Assembly (NCBI GenBank): GCA_002269645.1
Contig: NIVC01000046.1
Span: forward strand, 1 to 64,000
DNA length: 64,000 bases
Origin: Macrostomum lignano
Taxonomy: Eukaryota
Direction: 5' to 3'
The notes under the pieces are model-generated. The model ran no database searches, was not told the origin of the DNA, and saw only the letters and a program-made list of their open reading frames with translations. Positions 10,695 through 22,455 of the stretch are shown here, in pieces. The first letter of the stretch is position 1; the number at the start of each line of letters is the position of its first letter. Position numbers and translations under genes: made by a program.

Positions 10695-11763
10695 GGTCAC
10701 ACTTTTGCCCAGCCAAGAGCATGATTTCCTTGACAGGCTGCCTAATTGCCTGCAAAATGCACATATTTAGTGACTCTGAAATTTAAAAAATCAGCAATCA
10801 ATAATTCAATTACCGTATGCAGTGGTTGGTTTACATCTTGCTAAAGCCTGCTTTCTCGCTTCAGTTCTTCATGAACTCTTGGACGAAGCAGTGGCCTCTC
10901 GCAGCTGGTCGGAAGTTACTGCGGACGTCTTGTCCTTAGGCAAAGCTCAACAGTTCTGTATTGGAAGCGAATTTTTCGATACTGTAAAAGGCTTGGAGTC
11001 AGCCACGGCGATGCTGTGGTGTATGTATCTTTATGTAAAATAAAGAGAAACAGTCGATTCTATGCCTTTCTCTCTCTCCATTTTATTGTTTTGAACTGCT
11101 CTAACAAGTGGTAGATCAGTGCGAGCGCTAAATGCCAGGACCGCTACTGACGCTAGCGCAGTGTCCACTGTCCACTGTCCATATTGTCATGAGCGCTACT
11201 GTATTAAGCCTTCAATTCAAACAGACTTGTTTGTACTGTTTGTACTGACCAGAGAACAAATCGAACTGATGATAAAGTACGTATACTGCGTTTATAACAA
11301 ATATAATAATTTTTGAGACATAAAAGTTTCGAGCAATGTGTCTATACCAACTAGAAACAAGGACTCATTTTGCACCCCTGTATGCCGTGTTCAGTCAGCT
11401 CCTTCCGGCAGCAGGGCCACCCGAGCAGTGAAAGGCAGTCCGAGCAGCTGGGCCCTGCTGAATTCAGCCGGAGCCCGAATCTCAATGGACTCCCGTTCCT
11501 CATCTCCAGCTGCCGCGGGTCTCTCCAGCAGCCTCAGCTGTTCGGCTGGAAGTCTCTCGGGAAGCAGAGTCGTCGAGGTCCCTAATCTTTGACGCAAGGG
11601 AACTCACAGTGTTGAGTCTCAGACTGTGCGCTGTTGAGCACCAGTCTACCAGGACACAGTAAAGAGGTCACTTCTCTATTGTGGCTGAAAAAGGTGCTTT
11701 TGCGCTGTCCAGTCACCGAGATTTTTCAGTGGGTGGCTTTTCAGTGTCTGTCTTAATTTCATT

Positions 11764-13245
11764 TAGTGTCTGTCTCAGTGTCTGTCTCAGTGTCTGTCTC
11801 AGTGTCTGTCTCAGTGTCTGTCTCAGTGTCTGTCTCAGTGTCTGTCTCAGTGTCTGTCTCAGTGTCTGTCTCAGTGTCTGTCTCAGTGTCTGTCTCAGTG
11901 TCTATCTCAGTGTCTGTCTCAGTGTCTGTCCTAGTGTCTGTCTCTGTCTGTCCTAGTGTCTGTATTAATTTCATTTAGTGTCTGCCTTAGTGTCTGTCCT
12001 AGTGTCTGTCTCAGTGTCTGTCTCAGTGTCTGTCTCAGTGTCTGTCTCAGTGTCTGTCCTAGTGTCTGTATTAATTTCATTTAGTGTCTGCCTTAGTGTC
12101 TGTCCTAGTGTCTGTATTAATTTCTTTTAGTGTCTGCCTTAGTGTCTGTCTTAGTGTCTGTCTCAGTGTCTGTGTTAGTGTCTGTCTTAGTGTCTGTCTT
12201 AGTGTCCGTCTCAGTGTCTGTCTCAGTGTCTGTATTAATTTCATTTAGTGTCTGCCTTAGTGTCTGTCCTAGTGTCTGTCTCAGTGTCTGTCTTAGTGTC
12301 TGTATTAGTGTCTGCCTTAGTGTCTGTCCTAGTGTCTGTCTTAGTGTCTGTCCTAGTGTCTGTCTTAGTGTCTGTATTAGTGTCTGCCTTAGTGTCTGTC
12401 CTAGTGTCTGTCTTAGTGTCTGTGTAAGTGTCTGTCTTAGTGTCTGTCTTAGTGTCCGTCTCAGTGTCTGTCTCAGTGTCTGTCTTAGTGTCTGTCTCAG
12501 TGTCTGTCTCAGTGTCTGTCTCAGCGTCTGTCTCAGTGTCTATCTCAGTGTCTGTCTCAGTGTCTGTCCTAGTGTCTGTCTCTGTCTGTCCTAGTGTCTG
12601 TATTAATTTCATTTAGTGTCTGCCTTAGTGTCTGTCCCAGTGTCTGTCTCAGTGTCTGTCTCAGTGTCTGTCTCAGTGTCTGTCCTTGTGTCTGTCTCAG
12701 TGTCTGTCCTAGTGTCTGTCTCAGTGTCTGTCCTAGTGTCTGTATTAATTTCATTTAGTGTCTGCCTTAGTGTCTGTCCTAGTGTCTGTCCTAGTGTCTG
12801 TAATAATTTCATTTAGTGTCTGCCTTAGTGTCTGTCTTAGTGTCTGTCTCAGTGTCTGTGTTAGTGTCTGTCTTAGTGTCTGTCTTAGTGTCCGTCTCAG
12901 TGTCTGTCTCAGTGTCTGTATTAATTTCATTTAGTGTCTGCCTTAGTGTCTGTATTAGTGTCTGTCCTAGTGTCTGTCCTAGTGTCTGTATTAATTTCAT
13001 TTAGTGTCTGTCTTAGTGTCTGTCCTAGTGCCTGTCTTAGTGTCTGTGTAAGTGTCTGTCTTAGTGTCTGTCTTAGTGTCTGTCTTAGTGTCCGTCTCAG
13101 TGTCTGTATTAGTGTCTGTATTAGTGTCTGTATTGATTTCATTTAGTGTCTGCCTTAGTGTCCGTCCTAGTGTCTGTCCTAGTGTCTGTATTAATTTCAT
13201 TTAGTGTCTGTCTTAGCGTCTGTCCTAGTGTATGTCCTAGTGTCT
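11764..13245. repeat. 12-bp (AGTGTCTGTCTC) satellite with punctuating ATTAATTTCATTT motif
   Basis: Long degenerate 12-mer array; the same family occurs at 58131-58858. Confidence 0.95.
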
Positions 13246-13248
13246 GTC

Positions 13249-13396
13249 TGATGAGTCAGTGGCGCCAATACAGATGAGTCAGTGGCGCCAATACAGATGA
13301 GTCAGTGGCGCCAATACAGATGAGTCAGTGGCGCCAATACAGATGAGTCAGTGGCGCCAATACAGATGAGTCAGTGGCGCCAATACAGATGAGTCA
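13249..13396. repeat. 23-bp minisatellite containing TGAGTCA
   Basis: GATGAGTCAGTGGCGCCAATACA, about 6 copies; the same unit occurs at 46128-46443. Confidence 0.95.
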
Positions 13397-13962
13397 ATAT
13401 CTCAATGCCAATAACTTCTAAGGTCAAGTGCCCAAGTGTCTCAACAACGCTTTCATATTTTTGCGGTTTTCATTTCCTAGAAAGCTGTAGAGCCAAAATA
13501 TTTTGAACTGCGAGATGTATCTGTTTGTTTTACCAGAGAACAGAGAAGCTCAGAGAGATGCAGAAGATTACACTGCTCTGCTTCTGTCAGGGAGATTTTA
13601 TAGAATTAGGGAAAAATGGCTTCCCGTAAAAGCACTGAGCAATCCAGCTTTGAGCTCCTTGCAGTCTGCAGGCAGGCTGTGTGGGAGCAGCATGAGAATG
13701 AAAAAATAGATGGTGGGGTTCAAAAATTAAAACTAGAATTCTTCTAATATTTCCAAATTTATTCGCAGTGTCATAAGCAAGAAAACATTCTGAATATTTT
13801 AACAAAGCAACTTCAATTAATGCATTTGAGCCCTTGAACAAGCAATAAAAAGGATAAAATCAACTTGCAGACTTACTGAGCTTGTTCTGAGCATAAACAC
13901 TTAAATAATCCAGGAGCATGTATGCACAGTGTTTGAAACAAAAGTACATTAGGTAAAAATTA

Positions 13963-14050
13963 AACACCGTTTAAGTCACATTCTGTGGTTAGAATGTCCG
14001 AGGCTGAATTTAATGGTCCCGAGGCGAGCAAAGCGAGCCGAGGACCAATG
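13963..14050 (-). mobile_element. Orphan terminal ~90 bp of the MITE family found at 18919-19536, inverted
   Basis: Reverse complement of ~19449-19536 with few mismatches, preceded by TA at 13961-13962. Confidence 0.75.
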
Positions 14051-14059
14051 TTGGACAAC

Positions 14060-17000
14060 CACCTTGTGAACCCACTGCAAATTATCGATACAGCACCGGA
14101 TTTCCGTAATACGCTGGAGGCACACCCCGACGCTCTCGCAATCTGCGCAGAGACACGGCTGGCGCCGCTGGAGCTACCAGCGCGTCCGGCGCAACTGGCG
14201 CCCCCGGCCCCACTACCCCATGCCGGGGCCCAACAGCCACTGGTGGCACAACATACGAGTAAAACTCCTCCTCCTCCTCCAGTTCCGACTCTGTAGTCTC
14301 CGGCCCTGGGAGCTCCTGTCCGCACCCCGCCAGCTCAGGCGGACGCGTCGGCCGGCGCTGCACTGCCGTCTGCCTATCCGTCACCCTAAACTGCTCAGGC
14401 CGCTTGGGCACTTTTCGCAAATTATTATAATGCACTATTTTGCTCTTTCCTTTATTAGCGTGCTTTACACGGTAATTCAAATCGGATATCTTCTCTAATA
14501 CCCTCGCCGGCCCCTTCCAATTGCAATGGAACTTGGCTGCCTCCACTGCCTGCAGTGCAGGTGAGTATTCTAGGACGGCATTCCCAACTTCTATGGCCGA
14601 GCCTCACACCCTTGAGTCGTACAGCACTTTCTGTTTCCTCTGGTACTGCTGCAGGTTGGTCCGCACCTGCGAATGAGCCTCAGCCAGACTATTACCTAAT
14701 GACTGAACATACGCAGTTCATCAACATACGAGATCATTCACTGGCAGGAATGGACTCAGGCAAGGTTCCGATGTCCACTCCGATGCTCCTTGCCTGGCCT
14801 GTTAATGATCTCAAAGTCGAAGTTCTGGAGCGACTCAAGCCACTGTGCACACTGACCCTCTACGTCCTTCAGACTGGCTGACCACTGCAGAGCTTTGTGG
14901 TCTGAACGAACAGTGAACTTTCTACCTAACAAATAGTACCTATACTTTTTTACGAAGTGCACGACGGCAAGCAGCTCTAATCTGGTGGTGCAATAATTTT
15001 TCTCCGCCGCATGAATCATCCTACACCCGTACGCGATCACCTTCTCACGCCCATCTGCTTGACGCTGTGACAGGACGGCTCCCAGCCCGACGCGCGAACT
15101 CGCGTCCGTGTCGAGGATGAACTCCCCGGCACCAGGCGAAAAATCCGGGAATGCCATCACATTCGGTGAACACAAAGCGTCTTTCAGCCTGCAGAACGAG
15201 CTCTCCTCTTCACTACCCCACTCAAACTTTACTCCGTCTGCGGTTAACCTATACAGCGGCACTGCAATTTCCGAAAACTGCGGGATAAATGACTGATAGT
15301 AGGCGCGGCACACAACAACAACAAAATACGCTGTCAGGATGGCAAAAGTCAGCGTCAAAAGTAGGCTCACGTACCCAGGAATGCTTGCACCTTCTTGGCA
15401 CTACATGGCCTCGGCCAATTCTGGATCTCCTTGCACTTGCTCGGGTCCGTTGCGATTCCCTCCTGAGAAACGATGTGGCCCAGAAACTTTACCCTTTCTG
15501 AGAGGAACACACACTTGGTGGGCTTCAGCGTGACATTGGCATCCCGCAGGCACCGGAAAACGTGTTCCAATCGCTCGAGATGCTGACCCACCGACTTGGC
15601 GAACACGACTATATCGTCAAAGTACACCAGGCACTCCTTCCAGTTAACCTCAGACAGGGCCATAGACATTAGCCTGGCGAACGTGGCTGGAGCATTGCGC
15701 AAGCCAAAACTCATGCCAAAACTGACCCCTGTTGGGCACCACAAACGCCGTTTTCAACTGGTCCTTCGGCTCGATCGGGCACTGATGATAGCCGGAGGCC
15801 AGGTCCATCGTCGAGAAAACACATTTCCCGCCTAACGCATCAAGCGTCTCGTCCATCCGCGGCGGTGGGTAAGGATCTGGCACTGTGACCTCGTTGAGGT
15901 GCCGATAGTCCAGACACAATCTCAAGCTACCGTCGGCCTTTTTAACCGGCACGATCGGGCTCGCCCACGGAGAGTAGCAGGGATAGATGCGATCCTGCTG
16001 CAACAACTCATCAACCTGCTTATCAATCTCCCCTTTCCAGCGCGGTGGAATCTTACGCGCGGGCTGACTTACTGGCTTGGCATTTCCCGTGTCAATATCA
16101 TGCGCCATCAGGTTTGACTGCCCCAACTCTGTGCTATCCCTGGCAAAGACATCACGATTCCGAGCCATTAGGAGCTCAAACTCGTGCTTCTCATCGCCAG
16201 TCAGGCCGCAACCTCCCCACTCCTTGACTTTGCTGAGGGGGTTCCAGTCGTCTCGGACACTCTCCACCGAGTTCACCTGCCACCCAGCTGGCTGCTGGGC
16301 CGCCACTGGAGAGAACCAACCAATTCGGCTTCCCTTCCTTAATGACAGACTGCATCCTGACGTGTTCAACACCCTGACAGCCAAGCGACCGTCCCCGTCA
16401 GGCATCTGTACCGAGCTGGCCACCATCTGCTCGTTACTCACTTTCCTCTCAGACTCCACTATGCCTAGGAACTGAACCCCAGAGGGAACCCTTCTCTGAA
16501 ACCTGACGTGCACCACATTCTTTTGACCTGCATTGAACTGCTCAGGCTGACTCAGCACCAGACGGCAAAGACGCGGCTTATCTGCTGATAAGCGAAACGG
16601 ATACACACAGGATGCAGTCTGCAAGCAATTTCTAGCAAAGTCAATCGCCATCCGGTGCCTCACAAAAAGTCTGTGCCCAAAATGCATGCCACCGCCAGTT
16701 CCTCAACCACAGCGAACTCGTGCGCAAACTTCGTGTCCCCGACTGAAAACCTCATCGTCACCATTCTGTACACAGCAATCGGTTCCCCATTCGCAGCGAA
16801 AACGGTAAAATTCGGCAACTTCGGCAATAAGTCAACGTCGGCTTTTCTAGACTTCAGGAAACGGTTGCTTAACAACGACACGGTGGCTCCGCTGTCAAGC
16901 AGACATGCAATCGGGGGCCCAAACCTGAACTGTGCATCCACATAGCCCAGTCCCTGCCGACTCAGCGCACTCTGGGACAAGGCCGCGGCCCCAGATGCAC

Positions 17001-18870
17001 CCTGATTCACTGACGCTGGGGCCCGGACGGGTGCCCCGGCCGAGCCCCCAATCCGTTTCCCGAACCCGACTGGTCCCACCGACGATAGCAGCGGTTGCGC
17101 ATGTGCCCTGACTGGCCACACTCCCGGCAGACCACTGCCTTACGGCACCGAGCCGTAGTATGACCTGTCTGCAGGCACCGGCCACACTGCCACTGCTGCT
17201 GACTCTGATCAGGAGCTCGATGCTGCGAGCTCACTTTTGGCTGCTCAGACCTCGCCGTCGCCATCGGCACGGTGGGCGCTGAAGCACTTGCCTTTAACTG
17301 AGCTGCTTCCGCTCTCAGAGCCGCTATCTCCGCGGCTGCCCTGGACTCCTGACTGTTGCCAGCCGCTGCGGCCTGACCCCCCACCATGTGCACAGCTCGC
17401 TTGCCCTCAGGCTCTAGCAGAGCCAACGATGCCCTGACCTGACGCACCCGCCTAATAGCGTCCTGGAGCGTCTCTGGAGCTTGCAGCAGCACGCTCTCCA
17501 GCACCCACGCTGGCACTCGAATCCCCTTTAAGAACCTGTCTTTCACCAACTCTTCCCGCTGGGCCGCTGGCAGCATTGGGTACGATTTTCTCATGAGCTC
17601 CTTAAACACGTCTGCGTACTCTTCTATGGGCTCGCCCTCTTTCTGATTCCTACTCTGGAACTCGGTCTTGTAATCTTGAGCAGTCCTATTCTCATCAAAC
17701 CTAGCTTCTAGCTGCTCAACAAACTCATCATACGGCAAATCGTCGGCCAACTCAAGATTCGCAACGGCCTTAAAGGCGATATTAAAGTCAAGCAGACTGA
17801 GCAGCGCCTGCTTGCGCTAATCGTCTACAAAGTGAGCCGCCTCACAATACCCTGTGAACTGCTGCATCCAAAGGGCAAAGTCCTGTGTGGGCACATACTT
17901 ATTCGGCCTCGGCACCCGCTGTGCCACATTAAGCTCATTAAGTCAAGGCGTCAATGAAATTATCTAAATTGGCCATGGCTACCAAGACAAACACGACAGC
18001 TCCAAAACACCGAGACAACCCAGACAAACAACACACAGAGACTCACGACCAAACTGACCACCGAGACAACACGCACAAACCTACTCACAGGCGCTAAGAC
18101 AGCAGGGGAGAGGACCGGAATCCTGGTCACGGCACCACTTGTCTCGGCCTAATGGCCGCTGGACGGGTCGGGGTTCGGGTCCTCCCGCCTGAGACACCCG
18201 GTCCCAGCCCTCTACCCTGGCTACTCCTACAACCGCCTCGCTCGGTTCGGCGAGAGTTCGCCGGCCCGACCACCCTGGGATCGGCGAGTGTTCGCCGGTC
18301 CCAGGGCCCTACCAGCTCCCGGCCCCACGCGGCAACCCGGAAGACTGAAGCACGCGCTCACCTCTTGATGTATCAGCTTATTAACGAAGCGTTAGAATTG
18401 GCGACGCGTTTATTGGCACGAAGCAGTTATAGGCACAAAGCAGAGAGCAAAGTGACGCCGACGAACGGGATAGAATATAAACCAAAGAGAGAAAGGAGGA
18501 AGGAAAGGAAAGTGTGGAGCGCAGCCCGCTGCAGGGCTAGCCTTTAAATAATATTACACAAAAATGGGGGGAGGGGTGGGGCAGAATAGAGAGGGCGAGC
18601 CAAACCCTGGGGTCCAGCCGGCTTATCAGCCAGCCAGCCAATACGAGCAGCCCCAGGGTGAGGCGGACAATGAGGGAAGCGGGGGGGGCAGCACCCAGAT
18701 TGGACAGAAGTTGGGCCGGGGGCTGGGTGCAGAAGGGGCTAGGCCAGGGTTGAGGCTTACGCCTCTCACAAAGAGGCCAGGGCCCGGGCGCGAGACGGGG
18801 GACGGGGCGGGGCGGCATGCAAAACTAATAACACGACAAGTACACCCGCACTGGAAGGGCGCAGCCCAAC
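14060..18870 (-). mobile_element. Decayed Ty3/Gypsy LTR retrotransposon (Gypsy-A); boundaries approximate
   Basis: gag from ~17976 with stops and two CCHC knuckles; protease LDSGA; RT YFDD; RNase H DTDAS; integrase core deleted; tail RRGVPPAYYG. PBS present; 3' LTR not found. Confidence 0.9.
18118..18137 (-). promoter_or_regulatory. Primer-binding site of Gypsy-A, tRNA-His-like
   Basis: Minus strand reads TGGTGCCGTGACCAGGATTC, 2 nt after an LTR end (..GAGACA); resembles the complement of the tRNA-His 3' end. Confidence 0.7.
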
Positions 18871-18918
18871 ACATACAATCTCCTCAAAATCAGGAGCAAT
18901 CGAATTTAATACATGATA

Positions 18919-19536
18919 AACGCCGTTTAATTCACCATAGTCTATGGTTAGAATAATCCTCGGCTGCAATCAATGACCGGTCTGACATTGTTGTGCAATC
19001 GTGCCCTTTCTCGCCCTCCTGCCCCGCCCCAACCCTCCAGTCTGCCCCACCCCTCCAATCAATAATCAATGCGTACGCCGATCACACCACCCCGCCCCAC
19101 CTCCCCTGCTGTACTGTACATTTGTTCTTAAGTTATATTCATGTACGCGTAGGACAAATGAAAAAAAAAGGGCAGACTCCTCCCTTGCGCGCGTTGGTCC
19201 GCCTCCGTTGGCTATTGAATTAAACGACTCGTCGATCTACCATAAAAAGTGCACGGTGAACTGCATCGGCTACGGGGTGTAAGTTCGTGTTCGCGAGTTA
19301 CTGTCCTTTCTTCTGCTTCTCCCTAGGGCGCGGGACGGGAGCTCTGACTGGGGACCTGGGGGTCGCAGCTTCCCGACAGGTTAAAGCTGTAGGCGTTGCT
19401 CCGGAGGACGGGGCTTACAACAACATTAATGTGAAGTGACATTTCGATCAATGGTCCTCGGCTAGCTTTGCTCGCCTCGGGACTATTAAATGCAGCCTCG
19501 GACATTCTAACCACAGAATGTGAATTAAACGGCGTT
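18919..19536. mobile_element. MITE with 17-bp TIRs and TA target duplication
   Basis: TA|AACGCCGTTTAATTCAC ... GTGAATTAAACGGCGTT|TA; no coding capacity. Confidence 0.8.
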
Positions 19537-19540
19537 TATA

Positions 19541-21100
19541 CCTTTTTGCAATTGAATTCGCCAAAACTGCAATTGAATTCGCGCGGCTGACGCGCTATGT
19601 GCCCCCCGCGACTTGGCCATGACGAACAAACAAGGCGGCAATTCAATTCGCACAATCTGCCATAGAATAGCGATTGCGTAAGCTAGTTTACCAATTCAAC
19701 ATGCTGAGAGGACCGTACAAGCCTGTATCAACGACAGATCGGCTGCGGCTAGTGCGAGCGTGCAATGAAGGCAGAAACGCGAGGTGACTGCTGCACTTCC
19801 AGAGCTGACACAGCAGAAGTGTTTACGTTGGGTGAAGCACGCGACAACCTACTTCAATCGCTGCTTGGATCATAAAGACATTTTGGCTTAGCATGTACTT
19901 CTCATGACTCATCTATGGGTATTGACTCATCATGACTCATCTCATGACTCATTTCGACTCATTGATGTAACCACTCTCTGGTCGCAGGATAGGGCAGGGA
20001 AACTTTTTCAAAAGTACCTCCTATCGCCGCGCACCTTCTGCACAGGGCCGTCGAGACTGGGCCAGGTCTTCGACCAGGCCTGCAGACTCCCGCTCTGCTG
20101 CACCCCCCCACCCTGCTGCCTTGGCTCCGTTTCCCCTGCCGCCACACTTGCCTTTCCGGAGCTCCCTGTCCCTCTCTGTACCTCCCCTTCTACTCTTTCT
20201 CCTCTGCGCTCCACCCCATTCTCTATGTACTTTTCCTGCCTCCTCTCTTTTGCCCCTTCCTGCACTATTTTCCTGCGCTGTACCCCTTTTTTCCTGCGTC
20301 TACTTATAGCATTTTGCGTGCTCACCATCCCTTTTCAGACTCCCAAACGGTGACCCCTCCTTCTCCCCGATGACTCATCGATGACTCACCCCCTCTCATG
20401 CGCAACCTGTTGTCATGCTATTGTTCTCCTCCCAAATTTCTCATGCGACACCCACCCCACCTCCGCTTCTATTGTTCTCGTTTTTTTATTCTTTTGTTCT
20501 TTTTACACCCACCAATTATCACCATTTTCCCTGATTTCCAATTCCTTTGTTCCTGACCCCAGCCCCATTGTTCTCAATGTTTGCTTGCGCAACACTTTCG
20601 CGACCTCCCGCTGCGCCAATTATCACCCACCCCACCTCCAGATTGCGCAGTTCTCCCATTTCTCATGTTGCTATGCCGTTCTCATGCTTCTCATCATGAC
20701 TCATTCTGACGTCATTCTGCCGGCAGCCAATCAGAGAGAGGGAGTCATGGAAACGACCTTGGAGCGGCGGCTGGGAAGGCTATATAAGAAAGCGGTTTTC
20801 GGCCTGAGAATCTTAAACCTTCGGGAGTCGCCCCGAACCTTCGGGCTCCTCGTCTTTCTTTAGACTTGTTGTCAGACGTAGCTCTGACCCATTCGTCTAT
20901 AGGACGAACCTCTGCCGGTCCGCTGTCTGTTACCGCCAAGTTATCTTGAGCTCCCCAAGTGAGCTCGCCTGTCGGCCAGCGGTCTGATACCGCCCATCAC
21001 CATCAGCATCGTCTGATCTACATCAGCGCCTCGTCGCTCCAGCGCATCGCCGCTTCACGGTCTGCCTGACTGCAGCCTACAGCCGCCCTCGGTAACTCCA

Positions 21101-21177
<77 letters not shown>

Positions 21178-22261
21178 AGCTGCCGGAAAGTTCATATTAC
21201 TAATTTGTGCTCTAACTGCCTTGCTTATCCGGGGTTTACCTATTTTCCATTGCTTAATTAGAGAGCTGAGCCAATTGTGATATCGTATCATTTGCTGCAC
21301 TTTTACTCAATAGTGAAGCCGCCTAATCACCTAATTATTCGCCTAAGGGCCTAATTATTAACTACAACTAACCTCATCATTATTAACACTTTCGTCATTA
21401 TTTCACCCATGGCTTGCTAAGCCTTTCTCCCAGGGTGACAAAGCATAAGGAAGTTTGGGTAAGCTAATGGCCTCTCCCCGTGCAAAGCCCGCCTGTGTGT
21501 GTGTGCGGCGGGTCCGTGTGTGCGTGCAGTAGAGGGAATTAGCGAGTCTTGGCACAGAATGGCAACCCCATGCTGACGCGTCCCTTCGCCCTGCGCAATT
21601 TAAACTATAGACAGCACATGTTCACCTCACACTACTCTTAGTAATCAAAGCCGTGAGTCAGCCTCGCTCACAACCACAAAGTATCCCTGCTGAGAAATCC
21701 TCCAGATTGAGCCCAGAGTTCCCGATCATGCCCCAAGCAGAGTCCCTGTACTCGGCTGCATGTGTCTCCCCTGTTAGCCTCAATCTCCTGGAAACCAATC
21801 CAGGCGGGGCTCTAGCCTCGAGAGGTCTGGTAGTAAGATCCAGGTGCGCCAGGTCACATAGAGTGGTGGCAGCCACTTGGTCATGCTATGACCTAGTGAC
21901 CAACTATTGCACCTTGGCTACAGGCGGAGTCCATGTGGGTGTTGGCCCTCTGGTCACGAAAGCGCTACCAAAGCTATCAATGATGTGGGCGGGACAGTCT
22001 GGTGCTGGAGGTCCGTCAGGTCATTGCCCGGTCATCGGCAGCCTACGGTTATTGCCCCCTCTAGTCAAGCGTTCATCCCCCAGCGAAGCGGACAGGCGAC
22101 AAGGGCGGTTACATCATCATGAGCATGGAAATAAACTGCTGAATTTGCTGCGAATTTGAACTGCAGCTTGTGCGAAATCAACTGCTGCGTCTGCTGACTT
22201 GTCTATGGTAGACCATTCCTTTTTGCTCAACTTTGAAGCGGCGAATTCAATTGCAAGAAGC
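19541..22261 (+). mobile_element. Internally deleted Tc1/mariner-superfamily transposon carrying a nested solo LTR
   Basis: TIRs (C/G)CTT(T/C)TTGCAATTGAATTCGCC flanked by TA. 19701-19891 joins a transposase-like N-terminus (MLRGPYKPVSTTDRLRLV) to a transposase-like C-terminus (CLRWVKHATTYFNRCL). Confidence 0.75.
19963..22116 (+). mobile_element. Solo LTR Y1 (~2.15 kb)
   Basis: Ends TGATGTAACC...GGTTACATCA with 4-bp TSD TCAT; contains a (CT)n tract; homologous to inverted copy Y2. Confidence 0.8.
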
Positions 22262-22455
22262 TATATTATTTACATAATATCCTAGTTTTTGTTAAAAAAT
22301 TACCACAGACAACGCATTCCCGATTCAGAATAGTACGATTTTTTTACGATTAAATAGGCAATCGTATTTTATAAATGTGCAAAATATGTTCAGTAAAACT
22401 TCGAGTATTCAAAAGAGAGAAAAACCAGAGAAGCTTACAAAATTACGAGTTCAAC

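Noticed and set aside
11759-13200. ORFs encoding (DTET)n or (SV)n polymers, also at 58017-58931
   Set aside because: They are translations of a 12-bp satellite, open on both strands, with no unique coding flanks.
20381-20863. Hydrophobic ORFs in the solo LTRs (also 34561-34984)
   Set aside because: They come from pyrimidine-rich LTR sequence, and the frames are not conserved between Y1 and Y2.
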